A stretch of 64,000 nt of DNA from Burkholderiales bacterium (lineage in GTDB: Bacteria > Pseudomonadota > Gammaproteobacteria > Burkholderiales > SG8-41), in contig DATBKZ010000034.1 of NCBI GenBank assembly GCA_036555615.1, forward strand, positions 84,246 through 148,245, given 5' to 3'. The notes below the pieces were generated by a model, which worked only from the letters and a program-made list of their open reading frames with translations, had not been told where the DNA came from and ran no database searches. The position numbers and the translations under genes are program-made. Below are positions 54,898 through 63,905 of this stretch, one piece after another. How positions within the stretch are numbered: position 1 is the stretch's first letter; every line of letters begins with the position of its first letter.

Positions 54898-55851
54898 ATG
54901 AAGACGCTGCTCACTATCATGCTGCTCGCGATCGGAGCGGCCGGCCCCGTCCATGGCCAGCACAGGCAGCTATCGATTGCGACCGGGGGCACCGGCGGTG
55001 TCTGGTACCCGATGGGGGGGGCCATGGCCAACGTGCTCACCAAGTACCTGCCCGGCATGGCGGTTACCGCCGAAGTGACCGGCGGCAGCGTGGCCAACAT
55101 CAATTTGCTCAACGCGAAGAAGTCCGATATCGCGTTCTCGATGGTGGACGCCGCATGGGACGGCCTCAACGGAACCGGCAAGTTCAAGGAGAAGGTGCCG
55201 ATGCGGACGATCGCGGTGGTCCACCCCCTCGTCATGCACGTCGTCACCGCCGAGGGCCGCGGCATCGAGCGCATCACCGACTTCAAGGGCAAGCGGATCT
55301 CCACGGGCTCGCCCGGGAGCGGAACGGAAGTGATGGCCCTGCGCATACTCGAAGCGTACGGCATCAACCCTGACCGGGATGTCGTGCGGGAGCGGCTGGG
55401 CGTCGCCGATGCCGCCAACGCGCTCAAGGACCGCAAGATCGACGCCTTCATGCACGCGGCCGGGGTGCCGCTGCCTTCCGTCACCGATGTCGCCGCCACG
55501 CCCGGCATCCAGGTCAAGCTGATCGATCACGCCGACGCCCTCCCGGCGCTGAACAAGAAATACGGACCGATCTACGCGGCAGGAACGATTCCCGCGCGCT
55601 CCTATGCCGGGCAGCAGCAGGACAACCGGACCATCAACGTCTGGGGTGTGCTGTTCGTCCACGAGTCCATGGACGAGAAGCTGGTCTACGACATCCTGAA
55701 GACGCTGTTCGACCGGCACAAGGAAATCGTCGTCGCGCACCGTGAAGCGACCAACATGACGCTGGAGAACCAGGCGATCGGCGCGACGGCGCTCCCCTGG
55801 CACCCGGGCTCGGTGAGATACTTCCGCGACCGCGGAGTGAGCGTCAAATAG
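54898..55851 (+). CDS. TAXI-family TRAP solute-binding protein (orphan)
   Basis: Signal peptide, then IATGGTGGVWYPMGGAMA...GGSVANINLL...ISTGSPGSGTEVMALRILEAYG are TAXI hallmarks. No permease gene is adjacent. Confidence 0.85.
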   Translation: MKTLLTIMLLAIGAAGPVHGQHRQLSIATGGTGGVWYPMGGAMANVLTKYLPGMAVTAEVTGGSVANINLLNAKKSDIAFSMVDAAWDGLNGTGKFKEKVPMRTIAVVHPLVMHVVTAEGRGIERITDFKGKRISTGSPGSGTEVMALRILEAYGINPDRDVVRERLGVADAANALKDRKIDAFMHAAGVPLPSVTDVAATPGIQVKLIDHADALPALNKKYGPIYAAGTIPARSYAGQQQDNRTINVWGVLFVHESMDEKLVYDILKTLFDRHKEIVVAHREATNMTLENQAIGATALPWHPGSVRYFRDRGVSVK

Positions 55852-55908
55852 CGCCGATGGTGCGCCCAGGGCCGGGGACGCGCACCGCGCGCATCATCAG
55901 GTGGCCTT

Positions 55909-57357
55909 CTATCGTTGGGCCCCGGACGGGCCTTGCGCGATCGGCGCCGCCTCGAAACCCTGCCAGCCGCCGCCCAGCGCCTTGACCAGGTCCGCGACCG
56001 CGGCGCGCTGCACGCGCAGCGCGTCGCTGCGGTTCAGCTCCGCCTGCAGGAGGTTGCGCTCGGAGTCGAGCACCTCGAGCAGGGACAGCAGCCCGTTCTC
56101 GTAGCGGATGCGGGAAAGCCGCAGCGCCTCCTCCAGCGCGACGGTGCGCGCGCTCTCGGCTTCGAACGATTCGCGCGCCTTCACCTGCGTGTAGAGCGCC
56201 TGCCGCACCTCGCGGAACGCTTCCTGCAGCGTCTTCTGGTAGCGCGCGACCGCCTGGCGCTCGCGGGCCTTGACGGCGTCGACCTCGGCGAACAGCCGTC
56301 CGCCCTGGAAGATCGGCTGCGCGAGCGCGAATCCCAGCGACCAGATCGCCGCCGGCCCGGAGAAGAGATCGCCCAGCGCGGTGCTCTCGCTGCCCAGATA
56401 GCCCGTGAGCCCGATGCGCGGAAAGAGCGCTGCGCGCGCTTCGGAGATGCGGGCGTTGTTCGCAATCAGCACCTGCTCCGCGCTCGCGACGTCGGGGCGG
56501 CGCAACAGCAGGTCGGATGGCAGGCCCTCGGGCACTACCGCGGCGGCCGGCTCGCCTTGGCCGCCGCGGCGCTCGACCGCGCCTTCCATGATGGCGCGGG
56601 GACTGCGGCCGAGCAGCACGGCGAGCGCGAGCTCCTGCGCGGTGCGATTCGCTTCGAGCGCCGGCAGCTGCGCGCGCGCGGCGGCGACTTCCGCCTCGAG
56701 CTGCCGCAGCGCGAATTCGTTGATGAGGCCGGCCCGGATCCGCACTCTCTGCAGGTCGAGCCCCTCGGCGCGCAGGGCAAGGGAGCGGCGGGTCGCTTCC
56801 ACCTGGGCATCCAACGCCACCAGCGCGAAATAGGCGCGAACCACCTCGGTGGCCAGCGTGATGCGGACCGTCTCGCGGTCGGCCTCGCTTGCCAGCAGCT
56901 CGGCGCGTGCGGCCCTGCTTGCGCTTCTCAGCCGTCCCCACAGGTCCACTTCGTACGCGACATTCAGCTTCGCGCGGTAGCTGTTGCTCTCCACGGCGTT
57001 GGAGGGGATCGGTACCGGCGCGCGCTCGGAGAAATGGAACCGGTCGCGCTCGAACGTCGCATCCACCGTGGGCATGCGCTGCGAGTCTGCGATATCCGAC
57101 AGCGCGCGCGCCTCGTCCACCCGCGCGGTGGCGAGCGCGAGGTCCTGGTTCGAGGCGAGCGCCTCTTCAACCAGCCGGTCGAGCGCGGGATCGCCGAACA
57201 TGGTCCACCAGCGCTCGGCGGGGGCCTTGGTACCCTGCGGCGGAGGTTCTTGCCACCGGATGGGAAGTTCCGCGGTCGGCCGCTCATAGGCAGGTCCGAG
57301 CGTGCAGCCTGCGATGAGCGCGGCAGCGGCAGCAAGCGTGATTCTGCTAAGAGGCAT
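55909..57357 (-). CDS. RND efflux outer-membrane lipoprotein, NodT/OprM family
   Basis: Lipobox LIAGCTLGPAY. 482 aa with duplicated OEP repeats. Its start overlaps the RND permease gene by 11 nt. Confidence 0.9.
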   Translation of the reverse strand: MPLSRITLAAAAALIAGCTLGPAYERPTAELPIRWQEPPPQGTKAPAERWWTMFGDPALDRLVEEALASNQDLALATARVDEARALSDIADSQRMPTVDATFERDRFHFSERAPVPIPSNAVESNSYRAKLNVAYEVDLWGRLRSASRAARAELLASEADRETVRITLATEVVRAYFALVALDAQVEATRRSLALRAEGLDLQRVRIRAGLINEFALRQLEAEVAAARAQLPALEANRTAQELALAVLLGRSPRAIMEGAVERRGGQGEPAAAVVPEGLPSDLLLRRPDVASAEQVLIANNARISEARAALFPRIGLTGYLGSESTALGDLFSGPAAIWSLGFALAQPIFQGGRLFAEVDAVKARERQAVARYQKTLQEAFREVRQALYTQVKARESFEAESARTVALEEALRLSRIRYENGLLSLLEVLDSERNLLQAELNRSDALRVQRAAVADLVKALGGGWQGFEAAPIAQGPSGAQR

Positions 57358-60300
57358 CCGTACCTCCCTTCTCGACCGCGTGGTGGTGCGCGGCGCGGGG
57401 CGAACGCAGTCCCGCTTCGCGATGATGCTTCGCTTCCTCTTCGATCTCGGTGGTCGAGCGCGGCTCGGACAGCCTGCGGTCCATGATCAGCTTGAAGAAC
57501 CACGGAATGAAGAAGATGGCGAGGAAGGTTGCGGCGAGCATGCCACCCATCACACCGGTGCCCGCCGAGTGGCGCGCGCCTGCGCCTGCGCCGGTCGAGA
57601 ACGCGAGCGGCATCACGCCGAGGATAAAAGCGAGCGAGGTCATCAGGATAGGACGGAACCGCAGCCTGGCGGCCTCGACGGCCGCCGCAGCGGTCGAAAG
57701 GCCTTCATGCTGCTTCAGGACCGCATACTCGACGATCAGGATCGCGTTCTTCGCCGCCAGGCCGAGCAATGTGACCAGCCCGATCTGGAAGTAGACGTCA
57801 TTCGAGAGCCGCGCGATCCCGGCGAGCGGCGAGAGCAGCCCCTGCAGCCAGGGCACGCCCTGGGCAAGGTAATACGGCATCGGCAGCAGGTTGTTGATCC
57901 AGATCGCCGCGAGCGCGCCGAACGTGCCGAAGGGCAGCGCAAGCAACACCGCCAGCGGCAGCGACCACTTGTCGTATTGGGCGGCCAGGATCAGGAACAC
58001 CATCAGCGCCGCGAGACCGAGTGCGAGAATCGAGGTGCCGCCCGAGCGCTTTTCCTGGAACGAGGCGCCTCCCCAGTCGAAGCTGAATTCGGGGGGCAGC
58101 GTCTCGCGGGCGATTTTCTCCATGCGCTCGATCGCCTGGCCGGAGCTGAATCCGTTTCGCGTCTGCCCGAAGATCTTCACGGCAGGCAGGTTGTTGAAGC
58201 GGTCGAGCGTGTCCGGCCCGGAGGAATACCTGACCTTTGCCAGCGATGCGAGCGGGATCATGCCCCCGCGCTCGGAGCGCACGTAGACCGCCCCGACGTC
58301 GTCGGGCCGGTTGCGATAGGCGGGCTCCGCGGACATCAGGACCTGCCAGGTGCGGCCGTACTTGTTGAAGTCGTTGACGTAGAAGGTGCCGAGCGTTGCG
58401 GCGAGCGCGTCGTAGATCTCGTCCACCTTGACGCCAAGCGACTTCGCCTTCTCACGGTCGGTCTCGACGTAGAGCTGGGGCACGTTCGCGCGCCACAGCG
58501 TGTTGACCTGCCCGAACATCGGGTCCTTGGCGACCGCGGCGAGCAGCCGCTGCGTCGCCTCGGCCAGGCTCCGCGCCCCGCCGTTGCCGCGATTCTGGAT
58601 GTAGAACTCGAAGCCACCCGCGTTGCCCAGCCCGAAGATGGGCGGCGGGCCGAAAGCGAGCACCAGCGCCTCCCGGATGTGCGCGGTCTTCATGAAGAAC
58701 TCGCCGACCAGCTGCCCGGTGGCGACTTTGCGATCGTCCCAGTGCTTCTGGGTAACGAATATCGTCGCCGCGCTGTTGCGGAAGCTGCCGCCGAGGAAAT
58801 CGAAGCCGGTGAAGGCCACGGCGTCCTCGTTGGCGGGGTTCGACTTGATGATGCGCACCACCTCGTTCACGACCTTGTCGGTGCGCTCCAGCGTCGCGCC
58901 GTCGGGCAGGAACACCGCTGCGATGTAATAGCCCTGGTCTTCGTCGGGCACGAGCGAGCCCGGTGTCGTGCGCCACAGGCCGACGGCGATGGCGACCATC
59001 CCGATGAAAAGCGCGGCCGCGATCCCCCCGCGCCGCAGCATCCACGCGACGCCATCCACGTAGCGGCCCGTCATGCGGTGAAACCAGCCGTTGAACCAGC
59101 GGAAGAAGCGTCCCGGCTGCCTGTGCTCGCGCTTCAATATCAGCACGCACAGGCTGGGCGTGAGGGTCAGCGCGACGATGCCCGAGAGCACCACCGCGAT
59201 CGAGATCGTCACCGCGAACTGGCGGTAGAGCTCGCCCGTCAATCCTCCGAGGAAGGCGATGGGCACGAACACGGCGGTGAGCGTCAGCACGATGGCGATG
59301 ATCGGGCTCGTGACTTCCCGCATCGCCTTGATCGCCGCCTCGCGCGCGTTCAGGTGCTCCTCTTGCATGATGCGCTCGACGTTCTCGAGCACGACAATGG
59401 CGTCGTCGACCACGATGCCGATCGCGAGCACCATGCCGAAGAGCGTCAGCGTGTTGATCGAATAGCCGAGGATGACCAGCCCCGCGAAGGTGCCGATGAG
59501 CGAGACCGGCACCGCGGCGAACGGGATCAGGGTCGCGCGCCAGTTCTGCAGGAACAGAAACACCACCAGGAACACCAGCGCCATCGCCTCCGCGAGCGTC
59601 TTGACCACCTCCCGGATCGAGACTTCCACGAAGCGTGTGGTGTCGTAGACCACCGAGTGCTCGAGGCCCGGCGGGAAGCGCTGCGACAGCCCGTCCATCG
59701 CCTGCTTCACGCGCTCCGCGGTTGCGATCGCGTTGGCGTTCGGCTGGAGGAATATGCCGACCAGCGTCGCCGCCCTGCCGTTCACGCGGCCAACGAATTC
59801 GTAGTCCTTCGATCCCAGCTCGACGCGGGCCACGTCCTTCAGCCTCAGTACCGAGCCGTCGCCGTTCGCCCGTACCACGATATCCTCGAATTCCGAGGGC
59901 TCCGAGAGCCGCCCCTGCGTCGTGATGGTGTAGACGAGCTCCTGGGCGCCGCGGGTCGGCGACTGCCCGATCTTCCCGGCCGCGAACTGGGCGTTCTGCT
60001 CGTTCAGCGCGCGCAGCAGGTCCGAAGGCGTGAGCTTGAGCTGCGCGAGCCGGTCCGGCCGCACCCAGACGCGCATCGCATAGTCCTTGGCTCCGAATAT
60101 CTGCACGTTGGTCGTGCCGGGTATGCGCTTCAGCTGATCGAGGACGTTCAGCGTGACGTAGTTCGAGATGAAGAGGTCGTCGCGGCTGCCGTCAGGGGAG
60201 GTGAACGCGATCACCTGGAGAAACGAGGAGGAGCCTTTCTCGACCGTCACGCCCTGGCGGCGGACCTCTTCGGGCAGCCGCGGCTCGACCTGCTTCACGC

Positions 60301-60631
60301 GGTTGTTGACGTTCAGCGCCGCGGTGTCCACGTCGGCGCCGATCTCGAAGGTCACGTGGATCTCGACGACGCCGTTCGAGCCCGAGGTCGAGCTCATGTA
60401 GAGCATGTTCTCGACGCCGTTGATCTGGTTCTCGAGCGGCGCGGCCACCGTCTGCTCGATCACCTGGGCGGAAGCGCCGGGGTAGACGGCGCGCACCGTG
60501 ACGACGGGCGGCGCGATCTCGGGGTATTGGGAGATCGGCAGGATGCGCATCCCGGCGAGCCCCGCGATCACGACAAAGATCGAGAGCACGGCCGCGAAGA
60601 TCGGCCGGTCGATGAAGAAGCGGGAGATCAT
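57347..60631 (-). CDS. RND multidrug efflux permease (AcrB/MexB-like, HAE-1)
   Basis: 1094 aa. MISRFFIDRPIFAAVLSIFVVIAGL...QYPEIAPPVVTVRAVYPGASAQ is a near-canonical AcrB N-terminus. Confidence 0.95.
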   Translation of the reverse strand: MISRFFIDRPIFAAVLSIFVVIAGLAGMRILPISQYPEIAPPVVTVRAVYPGASAQVIEQTVAAPLENQINGVENMLYMSSTSGSNGVVEIHVTFEIGADVDTAALNVNNRVKQVEPRLPEEVRRQGVTVEKGSSSFLQVIAFTSPDGSRDDLFISNYVTLNVLDQLKRIPGTTNVQIFGAKDYAMRVWVRPDRLAQLKLTPSDLLRALNEQNAQFAAGKIGQSPTRGAQELVYTITTQGRLSEPSEFEDIVVRANGDGSVLRLKDVARVELGSKDYEFVGRVNGRAATLVGIFLQPNANAIATAERVKQAMDGLSQRFPPGLEHSVVYDTTRFVEVSIREVVKTLAEAMALVFLVVFLFLQNWRATLIPFAAVPVSLIGTFAGLVILGYSINTLTLFGMVLAIGIVVDDAIVVLENVERIMQEEHLNAREAAIKAMREVTSPIIAIVLTLTAVFVPIAFLGGLTGELYRQFAVTISIAVVLSGIVALTLTPSLCVLILKREHRQPGRFFRWFNGWFHRMTGRYVDGVAWMLRRGGIAAALFIGMVAIAVGLWRTTPGSLVPDEDQGYYIAAVFLPDGATLERTDKVVNEVVRIIKSNPANEDAVAFTGFDFLGGSFRNSAATIFVTQKHWDDRKVATGQLVGEFFMKTAHIREALVLAFGPPPIFGLGNAGGFEFYIQNRGNGGARSLAEATQRLLAAVAKDPMFGQVNTLWRANVPQLYVETDREKAKSLGVKVDEIYDALAATLGTFYVNDFNKYGRTWQVLMSAEPAYRNRPDDVGAVYVRSERGGMIPLASLAKVRYSSGPDTLDRFNNLPAVKIFGQTRNGFSSGQAIERMEKIARETLPPEFSFDWGGASFQEKRSGGTSILALGLAALMVFLILAAQYDKWSLPLAVLLALPFGTFGALAAIWINNLLPMPYYLAQGVPWLQGLLSPLAGIARLSNDVYFQIGLVTLLGLAAKNAILIVEYAVLKQHEGLSTAAAAVEAARLRFRPILMTSLAFILGVMPLAFSTGAGAGARHSAGTGVMGGMLAATFLAIFFIPWFFKLIMDRRLSEPRSTTEIEEEAKHHREAGLRSPRAAHHHAVEKGGTDAS

Positions 60632-60641
60632 CGCGCGCTCA

Positions 60642-61850
60642 CTACTTGGCCGCCGCCGGCTGCGCAGAGCTGGCGGGAGGGTTGCCGGGTTCCCCCCCAG
60701 GGGCAGCGGCGTCGGCGACTTTCACCGGCGCTCCCGGGCCGATCTTGAGCACGCCGTCGACGATCACCTTGTCGCCCGGGCGCAGCCCCGAGTAGATGAT
60801 CCAGCCGGTGCCGTTCCAGTCGCCGACTTCGAGCGGGCGCGGCTCGGCCTTGCTCTCGGCGTTGACGACGTAGGCGAACTTGCCCTGGGGGCCCTCCAGC
60901 ACCGCGCGCTGGGGAAGCACGACCGCGGCGGGGCGGACGGCCCCCTCCAGTGCGACCCGGACGAACTCTCCGGCGCGGAGCATCCCTCCTGGATTGGGCA
61001 CCTCGGCGCGCGCCTCGGTGGTGCCGGTCTGCGCGTTGACCCGGACGTCGGTGAAGCTCAGGACGCCGGCGCGCGGATAAGCGCCCCCGTCGGCAAGCTT
61101 GACCGTCACCTTGAAGCGGCCGTTCTCGGGCAATGTCAGCCGTCCCGCGTCGACGTCGCGGCGGATCGCGAGGCGCTCGCGGTCGGGAATGCCGAAGATC
61201 ACGTACATCGGATCGGTCTGGGTCACGGTCGTGAGCAAGACGCTCGGCCCGGACACGAGCGTGCCCTCGGAGACCACGGCGCGGCTCGCGATGCCGGTGA
61301 TGGGCGATTCGACGCGCGTGTACTCGAGGTTCAGCCGGGCCTCGTTGACGCGGGCGCGAGCGCTCTGCACCTCGGCCTCTGCGATCTGCTCGGCGGAAAC
61401 GGCGTCATCGAGCTCCTTCTGGCTCACGGCCTTCGACTTGAACACCGGTCGCAGCCGCGCCGCCTCCCGCCTCGCCTGGGCAAGACGCGCTTCCGCGACC
61501 CCCAGATCGGCCTCGGCGCGGGCGAGGGCGACCCGGAACGGCTCGGGATCGATAGTGAAGAGCGACTGGCCTTTCTTCACCAGGCTGCCTTCCTGGAAGT
61601 TGCGCTTGAGCAGGATGCCCGAGACGCGCGCGCGCACTTCGACCTCGCGGTAGCCCGCGGTCTGGGCGACGTACTCGTAGGTTACGGGCACGACCTTGGT
61701 CGCCACGGTCGTGACGCTGACCACCGGCGGCGGGAAACCCATGCCGTGATTCCCGTCGCTTGGCTGGCATCCCGCGACAAGCAGCGCGAGGACGACGGAC
61801 GGCGCCGCCCGATGGGCCGGCAAGGGCCGGGACTCGATGAAATTCCTCAT
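60642..61850 (-). CDS. RND efflux periplasmic adaptor lipoprotein (AcrA/MexA-like)
   Basis: ATG 61850 chosen. Lipobox LLVAGCQ. The YTRVESPITGIASRAVVSEG motif is typical of AcrA-family MFPs. Confidence 0.9.
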   Translation of the reverse strand: MRNFIESRPLPAHRAAPSVVLALLVAGCQPSDGNHGMGFPPPVVSVTTVATKVVPVTYEYVAQTAGYREVEVRARVSGILLKRNFQEGSLVKKGQSLFTIDPEPFRVALARAEADLGVAEARLAQARREAARLRPVFKSKAVSQKELDDAVSAEQIAEAEVQSARARVNEARLNLEYTRVESPITGIASRAVVSEGTLVSGPSVLLTTVTQTDPMYVIFGIPDRERLAIRRDVDAGRLTLPENGRFKVTVKLADGGAYPRAGVLSFTDVRVNAQTGTTEARAEVPNPGGMLRAGEFVRVALEGAVRPAAVVLPQRAVLEGPQGKFAYVVNAESKAEPRPLEVGDWNGTGWIIYSGLRPGDKVIVDGVLKIGPGAPVKVADAAAPGGEPGNPPASSAQPAAAK

Positions 61851-61918
61851 GGTTGCTTGACTCCCCGAAACCAGCGCTGCATGCGGCACGGTGGTGCGGC
61901 GTTGCAAAGGATCGCCAG

Positions 61919-61946
61919 TTTACATACAATCGCGAATGTATGTAAA
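61919..61946. promoter_or_regulatory. AcrR-type operator: 28-bp inverted repeat TTTACATACA-ATCGCGAA-TGTATGTAAA
   Basis: Perfect 10-bp arms plus an inner TCGCGA palindrome, in the divergent pump/tetR intergenic region. The core TACATACA...AATGTATGTA closely matches the E. coli acrR/acrAB operator as I remember it (TACATACATTTGTGAATGTATGTA). Confidence 0.6.
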
Positions 61947-61949
61947 GAG

Positions 61950-61971
61950 GCGATGTGGAATTCCACATCGC
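61950..61971. promoter_or_regulatory. Second, perfect 22-bp palindrome GCGATGTGGAATTCCACATCGC
   Basis: Perfect dyad centred on GAATTC, 4 bp after the AcrR-type operator and 19 bp before the tetR GTG. It could be a second regulator site or a 5'-UTR hairpin. Confidence 0.4.
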
Positions 61972-61989
61972 GCGAAGGGGTGCTACACC

Positions 61990-62670
61990 GTGGTGAGACG
62001 TACCAAGAACGAAGCAGAAGAGACCCGCAGCCGGATACTTGACGCGGCGGAGCGGGTATTCAGCGAGCGCGGCGTCTCGCGCACGTCACTGGAGGACATC
62101 GCGCAGGCCGCCGGCGTCACGCGCGGCGCCATCTACTGGCATTTCAAGGACAAGCGGGATCTCTTCGCGGCGATGGTGGATCGCGTGACGCTGCCGATGG
62201 AGGCGATGGTGGCCGCCTCGAGCGACGCGTCAGTCGCGGACCCGATCGCCTCGCTGCGGGCGAGTGCCGTCAGTGCGCTGAAGCGCACCGCGACCGACCA
62301 GCAGGTCCAGCGCGTGTTCGACGTGGTCACGCACAAGTGCGAGTACCTCGGCGAGATGGCCGGGCTCAACAACCGGATCAGCGCGGTGCAGAAGGGCTGC
62401 GTGGATCGCGCCGAGCAGGCCATCCGCAACGCGATCAGGCGCGGCCAGCTACCGGCCGGCGTGAACCCGCGGCTCGCGGCCATCGGGCTCGATTCACTGC
62501 TCTACGGATTGATCTCCAGCTGGCTTGCCAATCCCGCCTACCTTCCGCTCGAGCGGCACGCCGAGGCGATGATCGATCTCTTTCTCGGGGGCCTCAAGGC
62601 GCGCGGCGCGCACCGGGCGCCGCGGGTGCGGGCTCCTCGCGCCCGCCGCGTCGCCGGACGCGTGCGCTGA
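61990..62670 (+). CDS. TetR/AcrR-family transcriptional repressor of the divergent RND pump
   Basis: GTG 61990 gives (M)VRRTKNEAEETRSRILDAAERVFSERGVSRTSLEDIAQAAGVTRGAIYWHFKDK, a classic AcrR/TtgR-like HTH. It is divergent from the efflux operon. Confidence 0.9.
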   Translation: MVRRTKNEAEETRSRILDAAERVFSERGVSRTSLEDIAQAAGVTRGAIYWHFKDKRDLFAAMVDRVTLPMEAMVAASSDASVADPIASLRASAVSALKRTATDQQVQRVFDVVTHKCEYLGEMAGLNNRISAVQKGCVDRAEQAIRNAIRRGQLPAGVNPRLAAIGLDSLLYGLISSWLANPAYLPLERHAEAMIDLFLGGLKARGAHRAPRVRAPRARRVAGRVR

Positions 62671-62687
62671 GGCCACGCGGCGGCTGG

Positions 62688-62873
62688 TCAGAGCCTGCGG
62701 AACGGTCGATCGCCGCCGCGCAATAGCATCGCCGCTCGGCTGTAGTGGACCAGCACATGGCCGATCCTCCGCAGCACGGCACGCGCGAGCTTGTGCGCTT
62801 CCAGCAACCACCCTGGGGTGGCAGCTTCGGCATGCTTACCCGGGGCTCGAGTAATAATCGCTTCCATCTTCAT
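62688..62873 (-). CDS. Hypothetical 59-61 aa ORF divergent from the LysR gene, no family recognised
   Basis: AAGGAG lies upstream (7 nt before the second ATG at 62867). Codon GC3 bias is weaker than in neighbouring genes and I recognise no motif. It may not be a real gene. Confidence 0.2.
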   Translation of the reverse strand: MKMEAIITRAPGKHAEAATPGWLLEAHKLARAVLRRIGHVLVHYSRAAMLLRGGDRPFRRL

Positions 62874-62941
62874 GCTCCTTTTCGTTCGTTGGGGCCGGTC
62901 TCGCCTGGCCCGATGCAGGCATGATATGTTGTTTCCTGATA

Positions 62942-62969
62942 TTTACAATCCACGTATGAGTAATATAAT
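62942..62969 (+). promoter_or_regulatory. Near-consensus sigma-70 promoter TTTACA-N16-TATAAT ending 9 nt before the LysR ATG
   Basis: Hexamers at 62942-62947 and 62964-62969 in the only AT-rich stretch of the region. There is no Shine-Dalgarno between the -10 and ATG 62979. Confidence 0.4.
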
Positions 62970-62978
62970 TGTTCTCAT

Positions 62979-63905
62979 ATGGAAACAATCACAGCAAGCC
63001 TTATGGGAATGGCGGTCTTCGCTAAGGTTGCGGAGACAAAGAGTTTTTCCGCGGCTGCCGAGCGATTGGGAATCTCGAAGTCCGCGGTCAGCAAGCAAGT
63101 TACCCGTCTTGAACGGTCACTTAACGCGCGGCTCATCAACCGCACCACGCGGCGTCTGAGCCTGACCGAGATTGGCACCGCTTTCTACGAACACTGCGCC
63201 CGCATGCTGACGGAGGCGGAGGCCGCGGAGTCCGTGGTGTCACGGCTGCGCGCAGCCCCGCGGGGGGTATTGAGACTCACCACGCCGGCGGCGTATGGCC
63301 ACCTGCAAATCGCCCCGGCGATACCCGAACTGCTTGCCCGCTATCCGGAGATGGCGGTGCAGATCGCCATGAACGATCGGCCGGTGGATCTCGCCGAGGA
63401 GGGGTTCGACGTGGCGATCCGCTTGACATACGACCCGCCGCCCAGCGTCGTCGCGCGCAAGCTCACGACCGTGAGCTGGATGACCTGTGCTGCGCCGGCC
63501 TACCTCGAGCGGCACGGCGCCCCGCGCGCGCCCCAGGACCTCCGGGGGCGCAATTGCCTGTTCTATTCGTTCCTCGAATCGTCCATCGAGTGGCGTTTCC
63601 GATCGCCGCAGGGAGAGACGAAAGTGCGCGTCGCGGGGAATTTCACGGCGAACAACTCCGAGGCGATTCGCGAAGCCGCGCTCGCGGGCCTGGGGATCGC
63701 CCTGCTGCCCAGCTTTATCGTTGCCGGGGACCTGCGCGAAAACCGTCTGCAGGTCGTGCTGGGCGGCTACGAGGTCGAGGGCGCCGTCGCCAACGATGTC
63801 TACGCGCTCTATCTGCCGACGCGCTACGTGTCGCCCAAGGTGCGCGCGTTTGTGGACTTCTTCGTCGAGCGGTTCGGGTCGAAACCCGATGCGGCTCGGG
63901 CGTGA
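62979..63905 (+). CDS. LysR-family transcriptional regulator
   Basis: MAVFAKVAETKSFSAAAERLGISKSAVSKQVTRLERSLNARLINRTTRRLSLTEIG is the LysR wHTH. The C-terminal substrate-binding domain is present. 308 aa. Confidence 0.9.
   Translation: METITASLMGMAVFAKVAETKSFSAAAERLGISKSAVSKQVTRLERSLNARLINRTTRRLSLTEIGTAFYEHCARMLTEAEAAESVVSRLRAAPRGVLRLTTPAAYGHLQIAPAIPELLARYPEMAVQIAMNDRPVDLAEEGFDVAIRLTYDPPPSVVARKLTTVSWMTCAAPAYLERHGAPRAPQDLRGRNCLFYSFLESSIEWRFRSPQGETKVRVAGNFTANNSEAIREAALAGLGIALLPSFIVAGDLRENRLQVVLGGYEVEGAVANDVYALYLPTRYVSPKVRAFVDFFVERFGSKPDAARA

Noticed and set aside
57302-60748. 1148-aa plus-strand ORF
   Set aside because: It is antisense to the AcrB-like RND permease, whose translation is unmistakable. 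The composition is dominated by R/D/E/G/H with no motif.
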